Assembly (NCBI GenBank): GCA_014240285.1
Contig: JAAZXI010000001.1
Location: forward strand, 15,593-79,592
Direction of reading: 5' to 3'
Source: Methanobacteriota archaeon
GTDB lineage: Archaea > Thermoplasmatota > Poseidoniia > Poseidoniales > Thalassarchaeaceae
Length of the DNA stretch: 64,000 nucleotides
Under the pieces are notes generated by a model that searched no databases, had not been told where the DNA came from, and saw nothing but the letters and a program-made list of their open reading frames with translations. Shown here piece after piece: positions 18,656 to 27,816 of the stretch. Position 1 is the stretch's first letter; every line of letters begins with the position of its first letter. Both the position numbers and the translations under genes were made by a program.

Positions 18656-19594
18656 AGTCCTTCTACGCCTCACCAGGACAACAGCAACGGTGAGCACCAG
18701 CACCACGATCACCCCACCGATGATGATTGGTGCCTCGTCTGAGTACTCTCCGAAGACTGAGTTGTTGCCAGTAAGGTCGATGGTACCGATTCCGATACTC
18801 TTCGGCTCGACTTTAACATCAATCGCATTGGTGCTGGGACATGATTTTGGCTCTGACCCATCATCCTCGAGCACTATAATGCAACCCTCCCATGTGGTTC
18901 CGAGGTTTGATGGGGTGGCTATTTGGAACTGACAGTTCTTTGAGGAATCACTAGATTGAATCGCAATGTTGCAGGGTGCACTTTGATCAACGAAACCAGA
19001 CGGCCAAGAAGAAACTCCGTCATCATTAATCATCACAGCACGGTATTTGATCGAGGAACCCTCATTACTTGTGCAAGAAATAGAAGTTGAGAACACAATC
19101 ACTTCTCCAGCCTCTACTGTACCTCCTCCTTGTCCAAGATTATGGGTACAACTCGTGAACTCAGCAACGATAATCGTGACTTCCACGGATTCGGGCGAAG
19201 TGATGAAACTCACATCCACTCCACTGGCTTGAGTTACTTGGGCGGTAACATTGGCTACATAGGATCCCGAACTATGGCCTAGATCACCTCGAAAAATTAC
19301 CTCAAACCCCATTTCTGAATTTGCAGGAACAGTCATGCTACCAGGTGCGGCGTAAGCGAAACCACCACTTTGTACAGTAATATCAACTTCCTCAGGATGC
19401 ACTGAGGGATTCTCCAACATGCAGTTTGAAATGGCAGTTCTAGTCGAACCAGGAGACACGTCCATCTCAGGCGGATCATCGCAGGAAATGCTAATCTCGG
19501 GGAAAATTCCGGTTTGAGCTGAAATCGTTGGCATGCACCCTACCAATAACCCCATGAGGAGTACTAATACGAGCACAATAACCCTTCTTGACAC
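18641..19594 (-). CDS. secreted cell-surface protein with C-terminal TM anchor and many N-glycosylation sequons
   Basis: Signal peptide, several N-x-S/T sequons, and a C-terminal TM followed by RRRR. Confidence 0.5.
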   Translation of the reverse strand: MSRRVIVLVLVLLMGLLVGCMPTISAQTGIFPEISISCDDPPEMDVSPGSTRTAISNCMLENPSVHPEEVDITVQSGGFAYAAPGSMTVPANSEMGFEVIFRGDLGHSSGSYVANVTAQVTQASGVDVSFITSPESVEVTIIVAEFTSCTHNLGQGGGTVEAGEVIVFSTSISCTSNEGSSIKYRAVMINDDGVSSWPSGFVDQSAPCNIAIQSSDSSKNCQFQIATPSNLGTTWEGCIIVLEDDGSEPKSCPSTNAIDVKVEPKSIGIGTIDLTGNNSVFGEYSDEAPIIIGGVIVVLVLTVAVVLVRRRRTSFDD

Positions 19595-19675
19595 GACCCT
19601 GGCTTATGCCTCAACCGGATAGATATTCTCCATTCTACCTTCACTTTGGTACGGTTTCTGACTCAAAGCATTCAT

Positions 19676-19694
19676 GGCGACCCCTAGGGTCGCC
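19676..19694. promoter_or_regulatory. perfect 19-bp palindrome GGCGACCCCTAGGGTCGCC in the chaperonin leader
   Basis: An 8-bp inverted repeat around CTA, ending 8 nt before the ATG at 19702. Confidence 0.3.
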
Positions 19695-19701
19695 CGAATC
19701 C

Positions 19702-21273
19702 ATGAGCGAGGGTGCGGCCAAGCCTCCTGTCGAAATTGTCAAGCCGGAGACAAATGTCACCAGCGGCACCGATGTCCAAGACAAGCTAATCAGCGCGGCC
19801 CGTGTCTTCTCGGACCTCCTGAAACCGACTTTCGGGCCACGCGGACTCGACAAGATGCTGTACAAGACGGACGGCACCACTGCAGTCACCAACGACGGCG
19901 CCAAGATAGTCGCCGAGTTGATGGTGAAGCACCCTGCTGCCAAAATGATGGTCTCGATGGGAAACTCTCAGGAGGAGGCGTGTGGTGACGGCGTCACCAC
20001 CACCATGCTGCTGTGTGGTTCTCTGCTCCAGGAGGCCAGCAATCTACTGCGCAAAGGTCTGCACCCACTAACTCTAGTCGACGGCTACCGCTCGGCACTC
20101 ATCGCAGCCGTCGGGCAGATGAACCAAGACACCCATAGTGTGAGTGATGCACGCCTTGCTGCAGTTGCCGAGACGGCACTGCGTGGCAAGGGCGCGGAAG
20201 CAGCGCTAGACCACTTCTCCCCAATCATAACTGACGCTCTGAGCATACTCGCCGCCAACCGCAACGATGCCGGTGCCGAGCATGTGGCGATGTTCAAGAC
20301 CGGCACTGGTGGGTTGCGCGATTCCCGACTCATCCGAGGTGTCGTGGTCAACCGCCGTGTCTTGATGGACAGCCTGCCGAACCGACTGAACGATGCCAAG
20401 GTGGCGGTGCTCGGAGGCGATCTGAAAATTCGATCAATGACTCGCGACGTCGAGATTCAAATCACCAACGCTGATCAACTCGACTCCTTTGTTGACGCCG
20501 AACAAGCCCGCAAGCAGGCACTTGCAGACGCGGTAATCGCCAGCGGAGCTGGCGTGGTACTATGCACGGGCGAGGTTGACCGAGACATCCTGCATCATCT
20601 GGCAGAAGCCGAGGTGCTCGCGGTGGGAGAACTAGATGAGTCGGAAATTCGCAACGCGGCAGACTCGGTAGGGGCCAACATCGTCGAGTCAATACTCGAC
20701 ATCGAAACCGCGGACCTCGGAGTTTGTGGTTCGTTGGTTTGGGAACGTCGCGAAGCTTCGGACCAAGTCGAGGACATCATCAGAATCGACGATTGCCCCA
20801 ATCCGAGAGTAGTCACTATCGAAGTCGGCGGAGGTGGCGATACCGGCACTGAGGAGATCATCCGTGGACTGCATGATGCTCTGAGAGCGACCTCACTGGC
20901 TCTCGCTGTCGGCGAGCTGCTGCCTGGCGCTGGTTCAATCCATGCCCGTATGGCCCACGCTGTTCGACGTGCCTCTGAGGCCGAACCAGGCCGGGCGAGA
21001 CTGGCTATGGATGCCTACGCCCGCGCCCTCGAAACAATTCCAGCGGCCTTGGTCGAGAACTCCGGTGGCGATGCGCTGGATCAGATTCTCGAGCTGAGAG
21101 CCGCTGCGAGGGAGGACGGCGACTTCGTCGGAATCACCCCCGAGGGAGTAGTGGGGTCGGCAGAGGGAGTATGGCATCCAAGGGCTGTCATCGAGGACGG
21201 TCTGGAGTCAGCGACCGAGACCGCTATGAGCATGCTCAGGATAGACCAAGTCATCTCCGCGAGAGGCGACTAG
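19702..21273 (+). CDS. ths: thermosome / group II chaperonin (Cpn60/TCP-1 family), divergent
   Basis: GPRGLDKML (compare GPKGMDKML), GDGVTTT, and a C-terminal equatorial domain. Start taken at the internal ATG at 19702 (MSEGAAK...). Confidence 0.8.
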   Translation: MSEGAAKPPVEIVKPETNVTSGTDVQDKLISAARVFSDLLKPTFGPRGLDKMLYKTDGTTAVTNDGAKIVAELMVKHPAAKMMVSMGNSQEEACGDGVTTTMLLCGSLLQEASNLLRKGLHPLTLVDGYRSALIAAVGQMNQDTHSVSDARLAAVAETALRGKGAEAALDHFSPIITDALSILAANRNDAGAEHVAMFKTGTGGLRDSRLIRGVVVNRRVLMDSLPNRLNDAKVAVLGGDLKIRSMTRDVEIQITNADQLDSFVDAEQARKQALADAVIASGAGVVLCTGEVDRDILHHLAEAEVLAVGELDESEIRNAADSVGANIVESILDIETADLGVCGSLVWERREASDQVEDIIRIDDCPNPRVVTIEVGGGGDTGTEEIIRGLHDALRATSLALAVGELLPGAGSIHARMAHAVRRASEAEPGRARLAMDAYARALETIPAALVENSGGDALDQILELRAAAREDGDFVGITPEGVVGSAEGVWHPRAVIEDGLESATETAMSMLRIDQVISARGD

Positions 21274-21317
21274 GGCGCCACGCGAACCCTTCAAGGCCGC
21301 CGCACTAACGCATTGCC

Positions 21318-22901
21318 ATGGCTCAACCCCGCGCCCTGCTCAGCGTTTGGGAGAAGTCCGGCATCGAGGTCCTCGGCAAAGCCCTCACAGAGATGGGCTG
21401 GGAGTTGCTTTCCACTGGTGGAACAGCCCGCGCGCTAAGGGGTGCGGGGCTCGAAGTTACTGACGTTTCCGAGGCCACCGGACACCCAGAGGTGTTCGAT
21501 GGACGCGTCAAGACACTTCACCCGGCTGTTCACGGAGGAATACTTGCCCGTCGCGACAGGGAAGACGACATGGCGACACTCGCAGAGCTCGGCTACGGGG
21601 CAATCAACCTAGTCTGCGTCAACCTGTACCCATTCGAGGAGACTGCCGCACGCAACCCACCGGCTAGTGATGCAGAACTCATCGAAATGATTGACATCGG
21701 TGGGCCAACCATGGTCCGCTCCGCCGCCAAGAACCACGCGGACGTCATCATTATGACCCATCCCGACCAGTATCTCGGTGTTCTGGATTCTCTCTCGGAA
21801 TCAAACGGCGATCCCTGCGGGGTCGACAATACCACTAGACAGTCTCTAGCCCTCACCGCCTACCAGAGCACCGCCGCCTACGACGCCGCAGTCTCCAACG
21901 AGCTCGAGAGCAGATTCATCCCGAGCGACGTTCCCTCTCGCATTCAGGTCTCCTCCGGTTCCGGCTCGGAGTTGCGCTATGGGGAGAACCCACACCAACC
22001 TGCAGCGTTCTATGCGGCGGCCGGGGCTGTGTCCGGACTCGCGGCGGCTGTCCAGCATGGTGGCAAGCCACTATCATACAACAACTACCTCGATCTAGAC
22101 GGGGCCCTAAGACTTGCTCGAACCATGGTATCAACATGCTCGGATTTCGAGCATGGATGCGTAGTAATCAAGCACACCAATCCATGCGGGGCCTCAGTCG
22201 ACGAAACTCAGATCAGAGCATGGGAGAGTGCTCTTGCAAGCGATCCAGAGAGCGCCTTCGGCTGCGTTATAGCCTTCACCAAGCCCGTCGAGATAGAGAC
22301 CGCCGAAGCCATTGGCGGCCACTTCTTCGAGTGTATGATAGCGCCTAGTTACGCGCCCGAGGCCCTAGAAATCCTATCGGCCAAGAAGAACCGCAGGTTG
22401 CTGACTCTCGATCCTATCGAGCCACGGGTTGACGAGATTAGAATCCGTCAACTCGACGGTGGCTGGTTGGCTCAGGTGCAGGGGCCGCCAAGTATCGACT
22501 GGGATGAGGTGGATTGCATCACCGACAAGCAGGTCGACGCCTCAGAAATAGCCCTCGCCCGCTTCGGTGCCACAGTGCTCGCTGAAGTCAAGTCGAACGC
22601 GATCATTCTTGTCTCTAGGACAGCTACAGGTTGCGCTACCGTCGGTGTCGGACCTGGACAGACGAGCAGGGTCGAGGCGGTCAAGATCGCCTCCCGCAGG
22701 GCGGGCGAGCGGGCCACTGGCTCGATGATGGTCTCGGACGCCTTCTTCCCGTTCCGCGACGGCATTGATGCGGCCAACGAAATCGGGGTCGCAACTGTGG
22801 TCCAGCCAGGCGGCTCGGTCAGAGATCAGGAGTCGATTGACGCGGCCAACGAGCACGGGATGGCGATGCTGTTCACTGGGACTAGACTCTTCCTCCACTG
22901 A
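21318..22901 (+). CDS. purH: bifunctional AICAR transformylase / IMP cyclohydrolase
   Basis: MGS-like N-terminal domain (VKTLHPAVHGGILARRD) plus a C-terminal AICARFT domain. Confidence 0.9.
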   Translation: MAQPRALLSVWEKSGIEVLGKALTEMGWELLSTGGTARALRGAGLEVTDVSEATGHPEVFDGRVKTLHPAVHGGILARRDREDDMATLAELGYGAINLVCVNLYPFEETAARNPPASDAELIEMIDIGGPTMVRSAAKNHADVIIMTHPDQYLGVLDSLSESNGDPCGVDNTTRQSLALTAYQSTAAYDAAVSNELESRFIPSDVPSRIQVSSGSGSELRYGENPHQPAAFYAAAGAVSGLAAAVQHGGKPLSYNNYLDLDGALRLARTMVSTCSDFEHGCVVIKHTNPCGASVDETQIRAWESALASDPESAFGCVIAFTKPVEIETAEAIGGHFFECMIAPSYAPEALEILSAKKNRRLLTLDPIEPRVDEIRIRQLDGGWLAQVQGPPSIDWDEVDCITDKQVDASEIALARFGATVLAEVKSNAIILVSRTATGCATVGVGPGQTSRVEAVKIASRRAGERATGSMMVSDAFFPFRDGIDAANEIGVATVVQPGGSVRDQESIDAANEHGMAMLFTGTRLFLH

Positions 22902-22971
22902 AAATACAGTAGCAAAGCTTCCCTCTGGGTTGAGGGACAACATAATCCCGTTATCGCGCCGCCGCCAGAAC

Positions 22972-24456
22972 ATGCAGGCCAAGGTCTTGCTAGTCGGGAT
23001 TCTGATGCTGTCGGCATCTCTCGCTGGTTGCTTCAAGGATAATACCCCTCCACCACCACCTCCAGAACCGACTCTGCCGGACGGGGTCTTCATCACCGGG
23101 CCGGACGGCGAGAGCCTCTCACTGGATGACTACCAACCGCTAAAACTCAATTTCGTGTTCAGCAACGTCGGCGAGGATGGGGCCGAGCCCAGCATCGGCG
23201 TCACGTCGAGTGGTTGCATTTTCTTCATCGCCTTTGAGAAGGTCATGCGTTCTTGTGACCACGGTGAATCCTGGGAGGACGTCGCAGGTCCCATGTGTGC
23301 GTTCCAAACCAATGACCCGTGGGGCTGGGTGGATCCGATAACGGATCGGATATTCAACGTGCAGATGCAGGGCTTGGAGACGTCTTGGATATGTTATAGC
23401 GATGATGATGGGGCAACGTGGGTGGGTAATCCACACGATTCTGGTACGACTCCGATTAATGATCACATCAAACTGGCAACCGGCCCTTGGACGGGCAGTG
23501 GGTATGGAATCGGCGGCCAGTTTACTCAGGCTTACTACGAGACGGCTGTGTACTATTGTTACAACAAACTCGCCGGAATATTCTGCTTCACCAGTTTTGA
23601 TGGCGGTGCTACGTTTAACACGGGTGGACTGATTTTTGGATTGGCCACCACCAATGGGGGACTGCATGGGGCCATCACTTCTGCACCGGATGGCACAGTC
23701 TATGTCACGCCTCGAGTTGGGACACCAACCGTCATCGTTTCCGATGACAATGGTTTGACTTGGTTTGATCGATCCATGGGTGAAGATGTAGGGACACCCA
23801 ATCCCCGCAAGAATTCGGAGGTTGCGACCGACACTGAATCCAATGCATATCACATCTGGACAGGGGCAGACGAAGGCGTCTACATGTCTAGAAGTACTAA
23901 TTCAGGAGAGACATGGGAACAGACCAGTATCCGAATCAGTCCGAGCGCGGTTATCTCGACAGTATTCCCTCAGATTGATGCAGGCGACCCAGGAAGGATT
24001 GCGATTACTTACCTTGGAAGTGAGAACGCGAGTGAATTGAACCAATCCGACATCGACGGGGAACCGTGGGATGGTAATGCGCACTACGCATCTGCCAATG
24101 TCAGCTACTACCTATACATCACTTACAGCCTCAACGCACTGGATCCTGTGCCGGTGTTCCACACCGTCAGGGTCTCTCCCGACCCCGTACAGATAGGGAG
24201 TATCTGCCTGAACAGCGGCGACTGCCGGGACATTGGGGGCTCGAACCGCAACCTGCTGGACTTCAACGACCTGCATATCGATCTCGAGGGACGGGTGTAT
24301 GTGGCCTTCGCAGACGGCTGCACCGACTCGTGCGCCACCGGCAACAACTCCACGCCAGAGGATTCGCGCAGCAGACTGGGTTCGGTCTACTTCCTCGGTA
24401 GTGGCCCTAGTCTGTTCGAGTCAGTGGGTGATCTCGCAGAATTTGAGAGCCAATAA
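22972..24456 (+). CDS. lipoprotein with BNR/Asp-box repeats (sialidase-like beta-propeller)
   Basis: LAGC lipobox at the internal start at 22972. SxDxGxTW motifs (YSDDDGATW, SDDNGLTW, STNSGETW). Confidence 0.65.
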   Translation: MQAKVLLVGILMLSASLAGCFKDNTPPPPPPEPTLPDGVFITGPDGESLSLDDYQPLKLNFVFSNVGEDGAEPSIGVTSSGCIFFIAFEKVMRSCDHGESWEDVAGPMCAFQTNDPWGWVDPITDRIFNVQMQGLETSWICYSDDDGATWVGNPHDSGTTPINDHIKLATGPWTGSGYGIGGQFTQAYYETAVYYCYNKLAGIFCFTSFDGGATFNTGGLIFGLATTNGGLHGAITSAPDGTVYVTPRVGTPTVIVSDDNGLTWFDRSMGEDVGTPNPRKNSEVATDTESNAYHIWTGADEGVYMSRSTNSGETWEQTSIRISPSAVISTVFPQIDAGDPGRIAITYLGSENASELNQSDIDGEPWDGNAHYASANVSYYLYITYSLNALDPVPVFHTVRVSPDPVQIGSICLNSGDCRDIGGSNRNLLDFNDLHIDLEGRVYVAFADGCTDSCATGNNSTPEDSRSRLGSVYFLGSGPSLFESVGDLAEFESQ

Positions 24457-24460
24457 TCAA

Positions 24461-25000
24461 CTATCGAGAAGGCACCTTGAATCCGACATACCACATTCCG
24501 ATGAGCCCTACCAGAATCACGGTCCCTGCACCGAACCCCGGGTCAGCTCCATTCCATGACGATGGGTCGGTCAGTACACCGTTACCTTTGGTGGAGACGT
24601 GCCAGACGAAATAAGACGAGATTGAGGCCATGAGTGCGATGAGCCCGACGGTGACGTACTTAGCGTGCTTAGGAATGGTCTTTCCTGTAGCATAGTAGTC
24701 GAACATCGCTGAACCGAAGTAGCGGTTGGTCAACGTCAGGCGAAACATCCTCTCACTGGAGAGGGAGAATAGGAAGGCCGCGGGGACCGCCCAGGAGACG
24801 GTAGGCCAGCCTGGTATCCAGACGCCGATAACAGCAAACACGAGGAACAGTGAGCCGAGGCCGACATACAGACGACTCTTAGCTGGACTGCTTGCTACAC
24901 AATACCTCTCGACGACCTCGTCGATAGTCTCCAAGCGTTCCATGGCCCATGGCGGCTGTATTCTAGCCATAATATCAGTGTTCGTGCCGCTGGGGCTCAC
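24461..25000 (-). CDS. YbaN/DUF454-like small membrane protein
   Basis: Two TM hairpins. Start uncertain. Confidence 0.45.
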   Translation of the reverse strand: MSPSGTNTDIMARIQPPWAMERLETIDEVVERYCVASSPAKSRLYVGLGSLFLVFAVIGVWIPGWPTVSWAVPAAFLFSLSSERMFRLTLTNRYFGSAMFDYYATGKTIPKHAKYVTVGLIALMASISSYFVWHVSTKGNGVLTDPSSWNGADPGFGAGTVILVGLIGMWYVGFKVPSR

Positions 25001-25038
25001 GCCCCAATTCTCAAGCCCCGGCGACCCGCCTAGACGCC

Positions 25039-25671
25039 ATGAGCGAAGGCTTCGTTCTCCCCAGATCCGGGTCGGAAGCCAATCCAGTTAGACTGGCAGT
25101 GCTGGTCTCCGGTGGTGGATCAGGACTCGCAGCGCTGCTCAGGTACCAGCGGGCCCAGCGTTGCCACCGCACCGTGCTCGTACTCGCGGACAAGGTCGAC
25201 GCCGGTGGCCTACAACACGGCCGCGACGCTGGCGTCAGAAGCATCGGAGTACCTCTGCCGATGAATCTGGATAAGTCCGAGCGGCGAGAGGCCCATGAAC
25301 GGCTCGTGAATGCGGAACTGGAGGCCGCGGAGGTTGAACTCGTGGTGCTCAGTGGTTACATGCGTATTCTCACACCATGGTTCGTCAGGCGCTGGAAGGG
25401 TCGACTGGTCAATATCCATCCCTCATTGCTGCCCAACTTCCCAGGAGCCCACGCCCACCGCGATGCCTTGGCGGCCGGGGCGAGCGTCACGGGGTGCACG
25501 GTGCACTTGGTGGATGAGGGGGTGGACTCGGGGCCGATACTCGCGCAGCGCGAGATTGAGGTGTTGCCCGGAGATGACGAGGAGGCCCTGCAGGAACGAA
25601 TCAAGCTGGAGGAGCATGTGCTCTACCCCGAAGTGCTCGACCGACTCTGCTCGGGGCGAATATCACTCTAG
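25039..25671 (+). CDS. purN: phosphoribosylglycinamide formyltransferase
   Basis: LAVLVSGGGSG, NIHPSLLP, HLVDEGVDSGPIL. Confidence 0.85.
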   Translation: MSEGFVLPRSGSEANPVRLAVLVSGGGSGLAALLRYQRAQRCHRTVLVLADKVDAGGLQHGRDAGVRSIGVPLPMNLDKSERREAHERLVNAELEAAEVELVVLSGYMRILTPWFVRRWKGRLVNIHPSLLPNFPGAHAHRDALAAGASVTGCTVHLVDEGVDSGPILAQREIEVLPGDDEEALQERIKLEEHVLYPEVLDRLCSGRISL

Positions 25672-26226
25672 GTCGGCAGGCGTGTTGACGTTGCGCAGGA
25701 GAGAAGAGTCCTCAAGCATCAGTGAGTGCTCCATCTCCGAGAACTGGACGTGCAGTGGTCTACGGTCACCTTTCTTCAGCCGTCCTACCACCATCTCCGG
25801 GCGGACCAGTGCCAGTAGTGGGTGCGCCCACAACCCGTCGCTTGGCATTGCGAGACAATCCGAGGGCCCTAGTGCACCCTCTAGCCCGGCGAACAGCGCA
25901 GAGTTCACCCAAGGAACATCGACTGGGGCAAGTTGCAAGGTCTCCCCGACTACCAATGGGTCCTCAAAGGCCTCGATTAGTGCCTCGATTGGACCCGAAT
26001 GGGGCTCGGCATCCAGCACCCACTCGACTTGGATTGTGGTGTCGATGACCGCACCGTATCGTTCAATGTCCTCGGGTCCGGCGACGGCGATTCTGATTGG
26101 CTCACGACCCGCCTCCGCCAGAGCCATCGCAACCCGGGAGATGCAGGCCTCGCCATCGACTTCCAGTAGTGCCTTGTCGCGACCCATGCGCGACGAGCGG
26201 CCCCCAGCTAGAAGCAGCGCCCGCAT
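25663..26226 (-). CDS. mobA: molybdenum cofactor guanylyltransferase
   Basis: LLAGGRSSRMGRDKALL. Confidence 0.7.
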   Translation of the reverse strand: MRALLLAGGRSSRMGRDKALLEVDGEACISRVAMALAEAGREPIRIAVAGPEDIERYGAVIDTTIQVEWVLDAEPHSGPIEALIEAFEDPLVVGETLQLAPVDVPWVNSALFAGLEGALGPSDCLAMPSDGLWAHPLLALVRPEMVVGRLKKGDRRPLHVQFSEMEHSLMLEDSSLLRNVNTPADLE

Positions 26227-26230
26227 GCCA

Positions 26231-26440
26231 TCACCGCAGCTCGTCTAGCCGCCGCATCGCGTGCTGGATCTCGTCCATCAGGTCGAGAGCGCGGTTGAGC
26301 AGGATTGCCCTGTCTTTCCTCGACTTCTTGGTTTCCATCCACCTCATCAGCTGCCTGATGTCGTGTGCATCGCGCTGTATCGTCCACTCCAGCACTTGCT
26401 CGGCGACCGGGTCGTCAGACGGCAACAGCCGGTTGATCAT
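26231..26440 (-). CDS. small hypothetical protein
   Basis: Translationally coupled to mobA. Confidence 0.3.
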   Translation of the reverse strand: MINRLLPSDDPVAEQVLEWTIQRDAHDIRQLMRWMETKKSRKDRAILLNRALDLMDEIQHAMRRLDELR

Positions 26441-26465
26441 ATTGGGCGGCAGGTGGCCCCGCCCA

Positions 26466-27155
26466 TCAGTCCTGCGCCTGTTCCTCTTGCAGCCGCTGCT
26501 TTACTCGACCCAACAGAGAATCGCCGTCGGGTATCTTGACGGAGGACAACCGCCTCAACACCTCCTCACTGGCCGCATGCCCCCGCACCGTGCCTGCGTA
26601 ACTGACGAGGAGGGCCATGTGACCATCCACCGTACGACCGTCGCACCATGCAACTAAGGCCTCTTTGCTTGGCATCTCTCGACCTGCTCGCAGAAGCTCC
26701 TCGATACTCAGCAGCAGCGCCTCGGCCGGCTCACTGCTTCTAGTCGAGCTGGCGAGCACCGCCCACGGGTCGACACCCAGCGCTACATGATCGAGATTAG
26801 CCAAAAGGAGAGCCGCGAGAGCCACGTCCTCGCGGCCGTGGCGGACCCACAGGCGCCCCACTAGGCGCAGCAGTACTCTCTGGTCATCACCAGCGTTTGT
26901 CAGCAGCCACGAGGCGATGCGACGCAGCAACTCATCCGGCGTCCCGAGATGGAAGGCGTAGCCCGCTGACTCACCAAGCCTGTCGGTACTTGACTTCATG
27001 ATCAGTGCCGGCACCCCGATGGGGTAGGCCTCGCGCACCGCTCTTGCTAGGCGCCTATCGGAGCGATGTAACTTTGGCGGCTGCTCGGCAAGGAAACCAT
27101 CGAGTGCCTCGTCGTGAGCCATGCCAACCTCAAATCTGGAAGCCGAGCCTGTCAA
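26466..27155 (-). CDS. hypothetical helical-repeat protein (possibly AlkD-like)
   Basis: All-alpha, HEAT-like. Weak resemblance only. Confidence 0.35.
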   Translation of the reverse strand: MTGSASRFEVGMAHDEALDGFLAEQPPKLHRSDRRLARAVREAYPIGVPALIMKSSTDRLGESAGYAFHLGTPDELLRRIASWLLTNAGDDQRVLLRLVGRLWVRHGREDVALAALLLANLDHVALGVDPWAVLASSTRSSEPAEALLLSIEELLRAGREMPSKEALVAWCDGRTVDGHMALLVSYAGTVRGHAASEEVLRRLSSVKIPDGDSLLGRVKQRLQEEQAQD

Positions 27156-27597
27156 AGATGCCGCCGATACGCTCCATAGTATCGTCCAGTCTCATTCGGA
27201 AGTCCTGTAGGACGTTCCTGTGAATCGTCTCCTCGAGTTGGCGGTCAAGGCTGCGGGTTATCGCCCGGTGTTCGGCATCGCTGATTGAGAAGGCACGGCG
27301 CAGATAGGCCACTAGAGTGAGCTCGTCGTCAGAGCGGTCAGTGTGAATCAGAACAGCCTCGAGTACCTGCCCGTAGACCATCCCCTTCTCCAACTCACTA
27401 ATCTTCCTGCCCTCACCTGGGCTCCTGCCCTCGACTACCGCGTCGTACACTTGCTTTGGCTCCTCCTCGTCCAACCTCAGTGCGTGGGCCAGCTTGACCA
27501 GCAGACGCTTCTCTCCATTCGAGAGCTGACCGTCGCGGAGCGCTATCCTCGTCGCTCCGTGAAAAATCCCCCTACAGTCGCTCAGCCCCGCTTCCAT
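27130..27597 (-). CDS. TerB-domain-like protein
   Basis: LRDGQLSNGEKRLLVKLAHAL resembles the TerB motif. Confidence 0.4.
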   Translation of the reverse strand: MEAGLSDCRGIFHGATRIALRDGQLSNGEKRLLVKLAHALRLDEEEPKQVYDAVVEGRSPGEGRKISELEKGMVYGQVLEAVLIHTDRSDDELTLVAYLRRAFSISDAEHRAITRSLDRQLEETIHRNVLQDFRMRLDDTMERIGGIFDRLGFQI

Positions 27598-27816
27598 GCG
27601 TCACGATTGGAGACATGTCCCTTAATGGCTCGCGCAGACCATTCCACCGATAATCACTCATTCCACCAATAGGAGCGTTCATGAAGGGTCCGTTGGTCGC
27701 ACGGACTGCAGGTACTCTGCCACACTCGCGGGCGCTTTGTGCCCATCCACCGAACCGCCAACTGGCGAAAACCGGGAGCGAGGCCCCGAAAGTGGGGCCG
27801 AGAGCCTAAGGAAGAA

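Larger units (their letters stand above)
12163..18660. other. compositionally atypical (AT-richer, mosaic) island abutting tRNA-Leu
   Basis: Lower GC is obvious in 12216..15500. Gene content: membrane protein, MOSC, APH-like kinase, three sulfotransferases, GT2. Confidence 0.4.

Noticed and set aside
23140-23853. 237-aa minus-strand ORF inside the BNR lipoprotein gene
   Set aside because: Shadow frame. The plus-strand frame carries Asp-box repeats.
25310-26248. 312-aa plus-strand ORF spanning purN and mobA
   Set aside because: Arg/Ser/Pro-rich alternative-frame translation of high-GC coding DNA. purN and mobA have clear motifs in their own frames.
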